DNA of 64,000 nt from Candidatus Versatilivorator sp. (GCA_965207735.1 OZ242296.1:3712001-3776000), one strand, 5' to 3'. Counted from the stretch's first letter, positions 20,390 through 30,639 are shown. Notes: generated by a model from the sequence alone, not told the origin. A program made the numbers and translations.

Positions 20390-21729
20390 TCTGGAGAAAC
20401 CTGGGCATCGTGGCTGTTCTCTTCGTCGGCTTGGGAGCCTTCGTCTACTTCTATGAAATCGAGGGCGGGAAAAGACGCGAAGAGGCCACCGAAGAGGCCA
20501 AGAAGCTCTTCCGGTTCCAGAAGGAGGAGGTGAATTCCATCTCCCTGACCCGAAGCGACGGTTCCATCATCCTGAAACAGGAGAACGGTAGCTGGAAGTT
20601 GGTTGCTCCGATCGAAGCCAAGGCCGACGAGGCGGCGGTGGACGGGCTGGCTTCCGAGTTGAGTTCCACCCAGGTGGAGAGATCTCTGGAGTCAAGTCCG
20701 GTGGACTGGAAGGACTATGGCCTGGAAAATCCCAACCTGAAAATCACCGTGGGATTGGAGGATGGCCGCAGGCTGGATCTGGAGCTTGGAGACAAGGACT
20801 TCAACCAGGCCTCGGTTTTCGGCAGAATCCCACACTTGGCCAAGGTGCTGGTGTTGCCCACGTTGTTCTACACCGCTGTCGATAAGGAACTGTTCGATTT
20901 CAGGGACAAATCGGTGCTGGATTTTGACAGGGAACAGGTCCGGGAAGTCCGGATCCGGGCCCGGCGCAAGACCTACCGCTTGCAGAAGGAGGGGGAGGAT
21001 TGGTCTATCCGAGAGCCCATTCAAGCCAGGGCCGACCGCTCCGAGATACGATCCCTTCTCAGTGACATGGAGTTCGCCCGAGTGGAGGAATTCGTGGAAC
21101 CGGGAGCCGGAAAACTCAAGACCTACGGACTGAACGCGCCTTCCTCGCGGGTCGACCTCTTTCTGGGCGACAATCGGGCCAGGAAGACACTGCTGGTTGG
21201 AAAGCAAGTCGGCACTCAATTCTACGCCAAGGATGACTCGGGGGAGGATGTCTTCAAGATCAAGGAAGACCTGGTGGACAAGTTGGAACTGGACCTCTCC
21301 AAGCTCCGCGACCGGAAGATGGCCCGCTTTGAGCGGGATGAGGTGAAACGGGTCGAAGTCAAGCTGCCCGACCGAGAGTTCGAGTTCGCCAGGAACTCCG
21401 AAGACCAATGGCGGTTGCGGACTCCGGCCGGTCATGGGGAGAAATCGGTCCTGGAGTACAAGCTCTTCTGGCCATTGGAGGATCTGGAGGGGAAAGAGAT
21501 CGTCGACCGGGCCAATCTGGATGACCCCAAGTATGGCTTCAGTGAACCGTCGGCTGAGGTCAAGGTGGTGAAGCAGGACGATGAGGTCATCGAGGTGGTG
21601 TTGGGGAAGACGGAGGGTGAGGTCGTTTTCGGGAAAGCCGCTGCCGACCCTACCCTGTACAAGGTGGACAAGAAGGTTCTCGAGGATCTCAACTTCAAGG
21701 TCGAAGACATCCTGGAGAAGAACGAGTAG
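20386..21729 (+). CDS. DUF4340 domain protein
   Basis: N-terminal TM anchor; three repeats of W....P...AD / YGL..P; usual partner of GldA/F/G. Confidence 0.85.
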   Translation: MIWRNLGIVAVLFVGLGAFVYFYEIEGGKRREEATEEAKKLFRFQKEEVNSISLTRSDGSIILKQENGSWKLVAPIEAKADEAAVDGLASELSSTQVERSLESSPVDWKDYGLENPNLKITVGLEDGRRLDLELGDKDFNQASVFGRIPHLAKVLVLPTLFYTAVDKELFDFRDKSVLDFDREQVREVRIRARRKTYRLQKEGEDWSIREPIQARADRSEIRSLLSDMEFARVEEFVEPGAGKLKTYGLNAPSSRVDLFLGDNRARKTLLVGKQVGTQFYAKDDSGEDVFKIKEDLVDKLELDLSKLRDRKMARFERDEVKRVEVKLPDREFEFARNSEDQWRLRTPAGHGEKSVLEYKLFWPLEDLEGKEIVDRANLDDPKYGFSEPSAEVKVVKQDDEVIEVVLGKTEGEVVFGKAAADPTLYKVDKKVLEDLNFKVEDILEKNE

Positions 21730-21847
21730 GAACCGCGCCGGCCTCGCCCCCCTTGCCGGCAAGCCAAATCGCCGATCCCGGTCGGGACGAGAGGAAGCTG
21801 CAAACTCTCGGGCCTGGCTGACCGGATGGCTGCAGGGAGTGCAACCG

Positions 21848-22018
21848 ATGCCTCTTAGTCCCGAGTTGCTGGAGATCCTGGTCTGTCCCCTCTGCAAGGA
21901 ATCGGTCAGCCCGACCCCAATGGGCGACGGGCTGAAGTGTCCTCAGTGCAAACGGGTCTACCCCGTGAGAGACGACATCCCGATCATGCTGGTCGATGAG
22001 GCCGAAATCGAGGAGTAA
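21848..22018 (+). CDS. Trm112/YcaR family protein
   Basis: MPLSPELLEILVCPLCK...CPQCKRVYPVRDDIPIMLVDEA. Confidence 0.9.
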   Translation: MPLSPELLEILVCPLCKESVSPTPMGDGLKCPQCKRVYPVRDDIPIMLVDEAEIEE

Positions 22019-22249
22019 GGAGCGAAATCCTTCCTGTTGTTTTCCGGTTGCCGCAGGTCTTTGCAACCGGTCCCTACCAAGAAGTTTCTGCCGAGCTTGG
22101 CGCTTGAGTCTCTGCGGCATCGCTTCCCGAAAGGAACACTTTCCTCCCTCCCTCGGTGAGAAAGGCAGGCGCGGGTCCGGTGAGCCCTGTTGACAAGCGC
22201 CTCCGGCGATCTTATTTATTCCCCGTACTGGAATTTACAAAGGGAAGAT

Positions 22250-22321
22250 GAGCCTTTTGCAAAATTCCGCCGATAGAGGGAGTAGGGAGTAGGGCTGCAC
22301 GACGAATTTTGCAAAAGGCTC
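22250..22321. mobile_element. 72-bp MITE-like insertion with perfect 18-bp TIRs and 7-bp target duplication
   Basis: GAGCCTTTTGCAAAATTC (22250-22267) and its exact reverse complement (22304-22321); GGAAGAT directly flanks both sides (22243-22249, 22322-22328). Confidence 0.85.
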
Positions 22322-22326
22322 GGAAG

Positions 22327-24939
22327 ATGCCAATGCGCTATGACAAGCTGACCCTGAAGGCACAGGAAGCTCTGGTTGAATCGGAACGTCTGGCCAGTGA
22401 GCATGCCCATCCGCAAACCGAACCGGAACACCTGTTGCGGGTGCTTCTGGATCAGGCCGATGGAGTCATTCCTCCGGTCCTGAGCAAGTTGGGAGTTGGC
22501 CGGGAAGCGCTGTCGCAGGAAATCGAGAAAGCCCTGGCCAAGCTGCCCACGGTACAGGGTGTTGGAAACCGTCCGATTGCCGGGGTGCTCAACACCATCC
22601 TGGAAGCTGCCTTTCGTCAGGCCGACCGCCTCAAGGACGAGTATGTCAGCACCGAGCACCTGCTGCTGGCCCTCGCCGAAACCAAGGAGTCCGCCACCCA
22701 GCAAATCCTGGCTTCCCAGGGCGTCAATTCCGACAAGATCCTGCAAGCGCTGGTTGAGATTCGCGGTTCACAGCGGGTCACCGACGCCAATCCCGAGGAC
22801 AAATACCAGACGTTGCAACGCTATGCTAGCGACCTTACCGACCTGGCGAGGAAGGGCAAGCTGGATCCGGTCATTGGGAGGGACGAAGAGATCCGCCGGG
22901 TGATTCAGGTTCTGTCCCGGCGGACCAAGAACAATCCCGTTCTGATGGGTGAGCCGGGTGTGGGCAAGACGGCCATTGTCGAAGGTCTGGCTCAGCGCAT
23001 CGTCGCCGGGGATGTTCCCGAGAGCCTCAAGCACAAGCGGCTGGTCTCCCTGGACCTGGGCGCCATGGTTGCCGGAGCCAAGTATAGAGGCGAGTTTGAG
23101 GATCGGTTAAAGGCACTGCTGCGGGAGGTGACGGAAGCCGAGGGGCAGGTGGTCCTGTTTATTGACGAACTGCACACGCTGGTCGGCGCCGGCGCCGCCG
23201 AGGGGGCCGTGGATGCCTCCAACATGCTGAAGCCGGCCCTGGCCCGGGGGGAGCTGCGCTGCATCGGCGCCACCACTCTGAACGAATACAAGAAAACTAT
23301 CGAAAAGGACGCCGCCTTGGAGCGCCGGTTTCAACAGGTGTTCGTGGGGGAACCCGCCGTCGCCGATTCCATTGCGATTTTGCGTGGCCTCAAGGAGCGC
23401 TACGAAGTGCACCACGGCGTCCGGATCAAGGATTCGGCCATCGTGGCTGCGGCGACCCTCTCCGACCGCTATATCGCCGACCGCTTCCTGCCCGACAAGG
23501 CCATCGACCTGGTGGATGAGGCAGCGGCCTCTCTGAGGATGGAGATCGATTCTTTGCCGGTTGAGTTGGATGAAGTGGAGCGGCGAATCCGCCAACTGGA
23601 AATCGAACGACAAGCCCTCAAGAAAGAAGAAGATCAGGCCTCAAAGGAACGGCTGGCTTCCCTGGAGCGTGAGCTGGCCGACCTCAGGGAGAGGTTGGCT
23701 GAAAAGAAAGCCCGCTGGCAGAACGAGCGCGCCTTGATTTCCGGTATCCGAAACCTGAAGGAGAAAATCGAGCAAGCCCGGATCGAGGAGCAGAAGCAGG
23801 AACGGGCCGGGGACCTGGGCAGGGTCGCGGAAATCCGCTACGGATCTCTGGTGGACCTGCAGAAGGAGTTGGATGCCGCCAACCAAAAGCTGGAACAGGT
23901 GCAGCAGTCCAGTCGGATGCTCAAGGAAGAGGTCGATGAGGAAGATATCGCCCAGGTGGTTTCCAGATGGACCGGTATCCCGGTTGCCAGAATGCTGGAA
24001 GGAGAGGTCGGTAAGCTGGTCCACATGGAAGAGAGGCTGGGGCGACAGGTCATCGGCCAGGAAAAAGCTCTGGCCTCGGTTTCCAACGCGATTCGCAGGA
24101 GCCGTGCCGGTCTGCAGGACCAGGACCGACCCATAGGATCCTTCATTTTTCTGGGTCCTACGGGCGTGGGCAAGACCGAGTTGGCGCGAGCTTTGGCCGA
24201 ATTTCTGTTCGACAACCAGAAGGCCATGGTGCGCCTGGACATGTCGGAGTTCATGGAAAAGCATTCGGTGGCGCGGCTCATTGGCGCACCCCCGGGCTAC
24301 GTGGGCTACGAGGAGGGGGGGACGTTGACAGAGGCCGTCAAGCGGAGACCCTATTCCGTGATCCTGTTCGACGAGATAGAGAAAGCCCATCCGGAGGTTT
24401 TCAATCTGCTGCTTCAGATACTGGAAGACGGGCGCTTGACGGACGGAAAGGGGCGAACGGTAGACTTCAAGAATTCGCTGATCATCATGACCTCCAACCT
24501 TGCCGGATCGACAATTCAGGAGATGAACGGCCAAGATCCCAAGGAGATTCAGACTCGGGTCTTCGCGGTGCTGCGTGCCTCCTTCAAGCCCGAGTTTCTG
24601 AATCGCATCGATGACATCATCATCTTCAATGCCTTGGGGCGCAAACAAATCAGTCGGATCGTCGATCTGCAACTGGAGCGGCTCAGATCCCGGTTGGCGC
24701 AGCGCAAGATCGACCTGGAGCTCACCGATCGGGCCAAGGAGGTTCTCTTTCACCAGGGGTACGATCCGGACTATGGGGCTCGCCCGCTCAAGCGTGCGCT
24801 CCAACGCCTCATCCAGGATCCGCTGGCACTCAAGCTGCTGAACGGAGAGGTTCATTCTGGTGATCGTCTCCTGGTGGACGCCGACCCCAAACGAGAGGCA
24901 ATGGTCTTCCAGCCGGCGGTGGTCACCGAGAAAGCCTGA
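22327..24939 (+). CDS. clpB: ATP-dependent chaperone ClpB
   Basis: Clp N-domain, two AAA+ modules ([16 protein letters not shown]), long coiled-coil M domain, YGARPLKR. Start 22327 or 22333. Confidence 0.96.
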   Translation: MPMRYDKLTLKAQEALVESERLASEHAHPQTEPEHLLRVLLDQADGVIPPVLSKLGVGREALSQEIEKALAKLPTVQGVGNRPIAGVLNTILEAAFRQADRLKDEYVSTEHLLLALAETKESATQQILASQGVNSDKILQALVEIRGSQRVTDANPEDKYQTLQRYASDLTDLARKGKLDPVIGRDEEIRRVIQVLSRRTKNNPVLMGEPGVGKTAIVEGLAQRIVAGDVPESLKHKRLVSLDLGAMVAGAKYRGEFEDRLKALLREVTEAEGQVVLFIDELHTLVGAGAAEGAVDASNMLKPALARGELRCIGATTLNEYKKTIEKDAALERRFQQVFVGEPAVADSIAILRGLKERYEVHHGVRIKDSAIVAAATLSDRYIADRFLPDKAIDLVDEAAASLRMEIDSLPVELDEVERRIRQLEIERQALKKEEDQASKERLASLERELADLRERLAEKKARWQNERALISGIRNLKEKIEQARIEEQKQERAGDLGRVAEIRYGSLVDLQKELDAANQKLEQVQQSSRMLKEEVDEEDIAQVVSRWTGIPVARMLEGEVGKLVHMEERLGRQVIGQEKALASVSNAIRRSRAGLQDQDRPIGSFIFLGPTGVGKTELARALAEFLFDNQKAMVRLDMSEFMEKHSVARLIGAPPGYVGYEEGGTLTEAVKRRPYSVILFDEIEKAHPEVFNLLLQILEDGRLTDGKGRTVDFKNSLIIMTSNLAGSTIQEMNGQDPKEIQTRVFAVLRASFKPEFLNRIDDIIIFNALGRKQISRIVDLQLERLRSRLAQRKIDLELTDRAKEVLFHQGYDPDYGARPLKRALQRLIQDPLALKLLNGEVHSGDRLLVDADPKREAMVFQPAVVTEKA

Positions 24940-25254
24940 AGGAAAAAAGAGTTATCCACCGTCATGAGTTCAACCATCGCCTCTGTTCCAACACGGAATT
25001 CCGAAAACCCGCTCCCGGGCTCTTGGATCACTTCCAACACCCACCCGATTATCGAGTGGGTCTGCTTCGGTGGCACAGCCTCTCGTGCTGTTTATCCTGT
25101 GCATCCATGTTCAATAAATAGAAAACCGGTTTTGCACGACATGGTCCTTGTTCCCGATAGGCCATGAAGATTCGTTGTTTCACTCTCGAATGATCTGCCC
25201 GGTAGGGTGGGCGCTCGGCTAGACTGACGATCTCCAGGGAGGAGGCAATTTTCC

Positions 25255-25926
25255 ATGCAGAATTCCGATAAATCCAAGTCGTCGCCAAGCAGCACCCCGG
25301 ACTCGGCCCCCGTTCCCCAGGCCGGGGACCAGGACCAGGAAGTCAAAATTCGGGTCACCGACAAACGCTTTTGGGTTCAGGAGGGGAAGGATGCACCGGC
25401 GCAGGAATCCTCCTCATCTCTCAAGCCCACTTACGTGGAGGAACTGGAGAAAGGAAGGGCCGCGGCTGAGAAGAAAGTCGAACAGGTTCTCGCCTCCTAT
25501 CGTGAGTTCCGGGATACGGCCGAGGCAGAGAACCGTCAAGCGCGAGAGCGCATTCGAAACGAATACGAGAAACGGGTTCAACAGGCGCAGCGAGAGATGG
25601 TTGAGAAGTTCATAGACATTTTCGAGAACCTTGAGAGGGCCTTGATTCATGCCGGCAAGAGCCCCGACCGTGAGGGGCTCCTAAAGGGGATTGAACTGAT
25701 TCACGGCCAGTTTGGGGGAGTATTGGCCGAGTTGGGGCTGGAGGAAGTGGCCGGGGTGGGAGAGCCTTACAATCCCGAATTGGCCGAGGCGGTTGCGGTA
25801 ATCGAGGTTTCGGAGCCGGAAAAAGACAACCTGATTCTGGAAGTGGTCCGAAAGGGGTATCGCTTGAACGGCAAGCTGGTGCGCCCGGCCAGGGTCACGG
25901 TGGGACGCGCCAGGGAAAAAAATTAG
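25255..25926 (+). CDS. grpE: Nucleotide exchange factor GrpE
   Basis: VTDKRF, ENLERAL, GEPYNPELAEAV, KGYRLNGKLVRPARVTV; GGAGG RBS. Confidence 0.9.
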   Translation: MQNSDKSKSSPSSTPDSAPVPQAGDQDQEVKIRVTDKRFWVQEGKDAPAQESSSSLKPTYVEELEKGRAAAEKKVEQVLASYREFRDTAEAENRQARERIRNEYEKRVQQAQREMVEKFIDIFENLERALIHAGKSPDREGLLKGIELIHGQFGGVLAELGLEEVAGVGEPYNPELAEAVAVIEVSEPEKDNLILEVVRKGYRLNGKLVRPARVTVGRAREKN

Positions 25927-26008
25927 ACCACTGACCAGGGCTGGCCGGGGTGCTTGGAAGGCGTTAATGGTTAAATAAAATACAGTTGTTTATAGCATCA
26001 AACAATAA

Positions 26009-26091
26009 TTGCCAAACTTAACCAATAAATATTATACTTTGAGTTCCCTAACTGGATGGATGTTGAGGAGGCACCAAGAATCAACAACTTA
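26009..26091 (+). promoter_or_regulatory. Putative sigma70 promoter plus IHF-consensus site in AT-rich leader
   Basis: TTGCCA-18 bp-TATACT (26009-26038); AATCAACAACTTA (26079-26091) matches WATCAANNNNTTR. Confidence 0.45.
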
Positions 26092-26160
26092 CGGGTGGTT
26101 TTAGGCTAAAATGGGGGTAAAATACCTCAAATCGGCCGTTTCTTTGTTAAAGATGGGTTA

Positions 26161-26745
26161 GTGGAAGATTCATTGATAACTGTCAAGGAGGTTGCCGGGT
26201 ACCTGAAACTGAAGGAACAGACGGTCTATCTCCTGGCCCGGCAGAATAAGATTCCCTCCCTCAAGGTGGGAGGCAGTCTTCGTTTCAAGAAGTCCCAGAT
26301 CGATGTTTGGCTCCTGACGGAGCCGAACAGGAGCAGTTCCAGGAACGGCCCCGGGAAAGTGCTCATCGTGGAGGATGAGAAAGCGGTAAGAGACAGTCTT
26401 CAGGGGATCGTTCAACTCCACGGCATTCCGGCGGTGGCCGTGCCTGATGGGTCCCGGGCGCTGGACGCCGTCAGGCGGGAGTCTTTCCGCATGGTTTTCC
26501 TGGACCTGGACCTGCCTCGGATGGATGGCGTGGAAACACTGCGCGAACTCCGAAAACTGGACCGCAAGTTGGTGTTCGTGGTTGTCACCGATTTGGCCGG
26601 AGAGAACCCCTTGTTCCAGAGTGCCATCGAGTCGGCACCGGTTTCGGTCGTTCCCAAAAAGTTTACCTCCCAGCAGATCGGCGACGTCCTGGAGCTTCAT
26701 TTCGACGATCTGATTCGTTCGAATCCAACCGCACCTCAGGCGTAA
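26161..26745 (+). CDS. Excisionase-like HTH fused to a response-regulator receiver domain
   Basis: ITVKEVAGYLKL...TVY...KIP..KVG...RF, then VLIVEDE...FLDLDLP.MDG...K.F. Confidence 0.85.
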   Translation: MEDSLITVKEVAGYLKLKEQTVYLLARQNKIPSLKVGGSLRFKKSQIDVWLLTEPNRSSSRNGPGKVLIVEDEKAVRDSLQGIVQLHGIPAVAVPDGSRALDAVRRESFRMVFLDLDLPRMDGVETLRELRKLDRKLVFVVVTDLAGENPLFQSAIESAPVSVVPKKFTSQQIGDVLELHFDDLIRSNPTAPQA

Positions 26746-26754
26746 CCCGCAGAG

Positions 26755-27435
26755 TTAGGGGCTCTTGGCGCTTGCGATGAACTGGCGGAAGCTTTCGGCC
26801 CAACGGGCAATGGTCTTCTCGGGGCCGACCAGCTTGAAGAACCAGGGTCCTTGCGGGCTTTCCAGAACGGCTCCCATCAAACGATAGCCGGTTCGGGCTG
26901 GACGCTGAGGGGCACCCGGCATGTTGGATGCCTTGAGTGTTCCACTTACGTCCACTTCGGTCATCGGGAACCCTGAGACTTGGCTTTGCCTGATCTTGGC
27001 CTTGGCTCGGGAAGAGGAACCGTCGGGTTGACTTACCTGTCCAATCCAGCGGCTGATGTTTGCGTCGGTTGACCCGCCTTGTCCCATGCCGAAATAGAAT
27101 ACGGTCAGTTCACCATCCTCGGAGTCGCCGTTTTCTCCGGGAAGGGCGAATTGGGCCTGCCGCATGCCGGAGCTCGGCGTTTGCTCGACCCAGCCGGAAG
27201 GGACTTCCAGAGTAAAGGGTCCCAAGACCTTTTGGCGATCGGAGGCAGGGGCGGCCGAGCCTACGGTTGGCGCCGCTGCGGGAGCGTTTCCAGCATTGGA
27301 AACGCTTTCCCCGGCACAACCGGACAAGAGCAGGCAGAGTCCGATCCCGGACCAACAGGCCCGATAGATTCCAGTGCCTGGTTCAGTGCGGGTATTCCCG
27401 AGGTGCGCCGGTCGTCGACGATTGGGTTTGTCCAT
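26755..27435 (-). CDS. Hypothetical lipoprotein
   Basis: Lipobox LLSGC; GGS..ANI.RW..Q and GPWFFKLVGP motifs. Confidence 0.75.
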   Translation of the reverse strand: MDKPNRRRPAHLGNTRTEPGTGIYRACWSGIGLCLLLSGCAGESVSNAGNAPAAAPTVGSAAPASDRQKVLGPFTLEVPSGWVEQTPSSGMRQAQFALPGENGDSEDGELTVFYFGMGQGGSTDANISRWIGQVSQPDGSSSRAKAKIRQSQVSGFPMTEVDVSGTLKASNMPGAPQRPARTGYRLMGAVLESPQGPWFFKLVGPEKTIARWAESFRQFIASAKSP

Positions 27436-27557
27436 TCTGGTTCTCCTTTGCTTCTCAGGGAAGGGTTTCCGGCGCTGTCCCCGGAATGGATCAGGCCGGG
27501 TGTTGAAAAACGAGACGGTTCTTCTCTCCCGCGGCCTGCCTCCGTAAGGTCAGCTCC

Positions 27558-28322
27558 TCACATTCCCATGATATTGTATCCGCAATCCACGTAATGCACC
27601 TCGCCGGTGACCCCGGCGGAGAGATCGCTTCCCAGGTACAGCCCCGTATTGCCCAGTTCCCCGGGCTGAACGTTCCGCTTTAGGGGAGCCTGCTCGGCAT
27701 GGTGCTTGAGCATGCTGCCCAGACCGCGGATTCCCCGTGCGGCCAGGGTGTTCATGGGGCCGGCGCTGATGGCGTTCACCCGTATATTGAGGGAGCCCAG
27801 ATCGTAGGCGAGGTAGCGAACGCTTGCCTCCAGGGAAGCCTTGGCGACTCCCATGACGTTATAGTGAGGCACCACTTTTTCCGACCCGTAGTATGTCATG
27901 GTCACGATGCTTCCGCCTTCCGTCATCAAGGGGAGGGCGGCCCGGGCAATGGCCACCAGGGAGTAGGCGCTAACATCCTGGGCCATTCCGAATGCCTCGC
28001 GGGTTGTGTCGACGAAGCGCCCCTCCAGGGCTTCCCTGGGAGCAAAGGCCACGCTGTGCAGCACCAGGTGTATCTTGCCGAAATCCCGATCGAGACACCG
28101 GAAAACGTTTTGTATTTCGTCATCCCTGGTGACGTCGCAGGGGTAGAGGGGAGCCTCGTTGCCGAAGCGTTCGGCCAGCTGGGTAACGTTCCGCTGCAAC
28201 CGCTCTCCCTGGTAGGTCAGGGCCAGCCGGGCTCCGGCCTTATGCCAGGCTTCGGCGATGCTCCAGGCGATGCTGCGTTTGTTGGCGACTCCGAAGACGA
28301 CTCCGAACTTCCCTTCCAACAT
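27558..28322 (-). CDS. fabI: Enoyl-ACP reductase
   Basis: GVANKRSIAW, HSVAFAP, YNVMGVAKASLE, ISAGP..TLAA; start ATG 28322. Confidence 0.95.
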   Translation of the reverse strand: MLEGKFGVVFGVANKRSIAWSIAEAWHKAGARLALTYQGERLQRNVTQLAERFGNEAPLYPCDVTRDDEIQNVFRCLDRDFGKIHLVLHSVAFAPREALEGRFVDTTREAFGMAQDVSAYSLVAIARAALPLMTEGGSIVTMTYYGSEKVVPHYNVMGVAKASLEASVRYLAYDLGSLNIRVNAISAGPMNTLAARGIRGLGSMLKHHAEQAPLKRNVQPGELGNTGLYLGSDLSAGVTGEVHYVDCGYNIMGM

Positions 28323-28465
28323 GGAAAACCTCCCGTGCGATGCGGACATGAGACTAGCAAATTTCCCGGCGAAAAAACAGCGAGGCGCGGCGGTCGCCGG
28401 AGACATCATGTACAATTCGAGCCGAGTCACGCCGTGACCATATCCAGGAGGGAGAAGGAGTTGCT

Positions 28466-28789
28466 ATGGCCTACACGTTCGGGGATCTGAGGCACAAGAC
28501 CGTGGCCCAGCTTCGCCAGATAGCCGGTGAAATTGAGCACGAGGCCGTCAAGGGCTTTACCCAGATGACCAAGGAGCCTCTGTTGAAGGCGATCTGTGAA
28601 GCCCTTGACGTCGATATGCACGAGCACCACGACGTGGTGGGTATCGACAAGCGAGCCATCAAGCTGGAGATCAAGGAACTCAAGAAAAAGCGGGACCAAG
28701 CCGTGGAGGCCAGGGACCGTGCGGGGCTGAAGTCAATCCGCCGCCAGATCCACGCCCTGAAGAGAAAAATCCACCGGGCCACGGTTTAA
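28466..28789 (+). CDS. Small basic helical hypothetical protein (Rho N-terminal-like start)
   Basis: AAGGAG RBS; L..KTV.QLR.IA...K..L pattern; basic coiled-coil C-terminus. Confidence 0.75.
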   Translation: MAYTFGDLRHKTVAQLRQIAGEIEHEAVKGFTQMTKEPLLKAICEALDVDMHEHHDVVGIDKRAIKLEIKELKKKRDQAVEARDRAGLKSIRRQIHALKRKIHRATV

Positions 28790-28904
28790 CCCGCTTAGCT
28801 CAAGGGGTCGAGCCGAGTGACCGCTTCGCTCTTCGGTCGCGAGTGCCCGCTGGAGAGAATAGTCCTGCGCCATGATCACACCCCCCGGTGAGCAATGCGG
28901 GTTA
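28787..28904. mobile_element. About 118-bp MITE-like element between two convergent stop codons
   Basis: Left end TAACCCGCTTAGCTCA, right end (rc) TAACCCGCATTGCTCACC; each end begins with the TAA stop of the flanking gene. Confidence 0.65.
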
Positions 28905-29894
28905 CATCCGCGAGCCGTCGGTCTGGGGTGACCGCCAATTGTCCAGCACGCCGACCTGCTGGACGCAGGAGACCGTGCAGAAAGGGGCGCAGGTCTTGCG
29001 AAGGTTGAATTCCTGCAGGATGTGTTCCCGGGTATAGTCCTGCAGGGGAATGGCCGGGTAGCCCCGTTGCTGTGAGCAGTAGTGAATCAGGCCGTCCTCG
29101 CAGACGTAGAGGTACCGGCCGCCGGCTCGGCAGCGCCACTGGTTGGGTTTCCCCCGGGAGATGTTTTCCTGGAACCTGTTGAAGCGCGCAAAGGACTTCT
29201 TGCCCAACTTCTGGATCTCCCCATAGACCGCCCGTTCTTTCTCGTCCAGGGCCCGCAGTTGTCCCTCCCCGTCGTGGATGATGCCCAGTGTGCTGGAGAA
29301 GCCCAGGGAGACCGCCCGGCGGGCCACCTGCAACGCATCGTCGGGGAAGCGGATACCGGAACCGATGACCGAGTTGATGTTGACCGCGAAGTCGGCGTGC
29401 GCGGCCAGCATCACCAGCTTCCGGTCCAGGACCTTGAGGCTCTTCTTGGAGACATCGTCCGGGTTGACGTTGTCGATGCTGATCTGCAGGTGCTCCAGGC
29501 CGGCCCGATTGAGCCGTTGGATGCGCTGGCCACTGAGCAGATAACCGTTGGTAATCAACCCGGCCATCATCTTTCGCAGCCGTATCCGCTTCACCACCGC
29601 GTCAAGCTCGGGGTGCAATAGCGGCTCTCCGCCACTGATGGTGACCACACTGGTGCCGAGGCGGGCCAAATGGTCGACCCGCCGCAGCATTTCCTCGATG
29701 GGCACCGGTGCCGAGACCTTGTCGAACTCGTTGCAGTAGGTACAGGACAGGTTGCAGCGCCGGATGGGGATGAGGTGGGCCAGCACCGGATGCCTGGTGG
29801 AAATCAGGGCTTTGGCAACCATGCGCCACTCCCTTGCACGCCGGTGCGCCGCCAGGAATGTCCGGCGAATTCCTGTCCCGTTAACCAAGTTCAT
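28902..29894 (-). CDS. Radical SAM protein with C-terminal Cys-rich (Twitch/SPASM-like) region
   Basis: [23 protein letters not shown]; C-terminal CRAG...C...YC...C...C...C. Confidence 0.88.
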   Translation of the reverse strand: MNLVNGTGIRRTFLAAHRRAREWRMVAKALISTRHPVLAHLIPIRRCNLSCTYCNEFDKVSAPVPIEEMLRRVDHLARLGTSVVTISGGEPLLHPELDAVVKRIRLRKMMAGLITNGYLLSGQRIQRLNRAGLEHLQISIDNVNPDDVSKKSLKVLDRKLVMLAAHADFAVNINSVIGSGIRFPDDALQVARRAVSLGFSSTLGIIHDGEGQLRALDEKERAVYGEIQKLGKKSFARFNRFQENISRGKPNQWRCRAGGRYLYVCEDGLIHYCSQQRGYPAIPLQDYTREHILQEFNLRKTCAPFCTVSCVQQVGVLDNWRSPQTDGSRM

Positions 29895-30015
29895 CTCTTT
29901 GCACCCCTCTTCAATGCAGACCGAATCGAGGTTGATCGGTTTCCGGAAGTGATCCGACCACCCGACAGACAAGGCACCACTATATGCAAAGGAATCTCCG
30001 TGAGCCTAACGAAAT

Positions 30016-30639
30016 CTACTCGGCAGGCGCCTCCTCGGTCAACGCCTCAGGCCACTCTAGGGGCGCCTCCTCTGACGTCTCCTCCGTTTCTTCATAGCGA
30101 CTGTCCCGGTGCTGAATGACGGCTCCGTTGGCCAGCTTGAACTTGAGCTTGACGCCGCCGGCCTCCCCGGTCAGCGGTTTCACCCACTCGAAGGTTCCCT
30201 CCGAGCCTCCTTCCAGGATCTGAGGAGTCACCGGCACGTCCTCCTCCAAGGGCAACTCCAGAGAGGTAATCAAGGTCAGGGTAGCGAGGAGATCTTCGAG
30301 ACTGCTTTCGGTTCGGTTCAGGACTTTCCCCGTCACCGTGATGGTGTCCTCCCCGCGTTCCTGGTTGAACTCCAGCAGTGCCAGGGGTTCCTCTCCATCG
30401 GGCGCCGTCGGAACCTTTCGCTGAGCGTATTCCTGAGTCCAGGGAAGCCAGGCGTCCATCACCCCGGAGGATGAGATCACCGAACCGACCAGAAAAAGAA
30501 CGGCGGTGATGACCACGCTCGCCAGAATCCAGGCGCGCTTTCTGGAAGGTCCGACCATCTCGACTCGAAAATCCTCCGGCCCCGTCTCGGAAGGGGGCTG
30601 GGGAGCAACATCGTTGGCGTTTCGATTCTCGTTCTCCAT
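30016..30639 (-). CDS. Hypothetical membrane-anchored protein (FxLYD-like beta domain)
   Basis: Single TM segment, then VTGKVLN...L.GG.EG.F; acidic tail. Confidence 0.65.
   Translation of the reverse strand: MENENRNANDVAPQPPSETGPEDFRVEMVGPSRKRAWILASVVITAVLFLVGSVISSSGVMDAWLPWTQEYAQRKVPTAPDGEEPLALLEFNQERGEDTITVTGKVLNRTESSLEDLLATLTLITSLELPLEEDVPVTPQILEGGSEGTFEWVKPLTGEAGGVKLKFKLANGAVIQHRDSRYEETEETSEEAPLEWPEALTEEAPAE

Noticed and set aside
22103-22123. HspR HAIR-like half-site CTTGAGT upstream of clpB
   Set aside because: The second half-site ACTCAAG is absent; no CIRCE either.
22190-22220. TTGACA -35 hexamer upstream of clpB
   Set aside because: No convincing -10 element at 16-18 bp spacing, so not called as a promoter.
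25206-25215. 10-bp match to the tRNA-Val 3' end (possible att site)
   Set aside because: Too short for GC-rich DNA, and no integrase in the window.
25049-25364. Small ORFs between clpB and grpE
   Set aside because: No RBS or domain support; the region looks like repeat-derived intergenic DNA.
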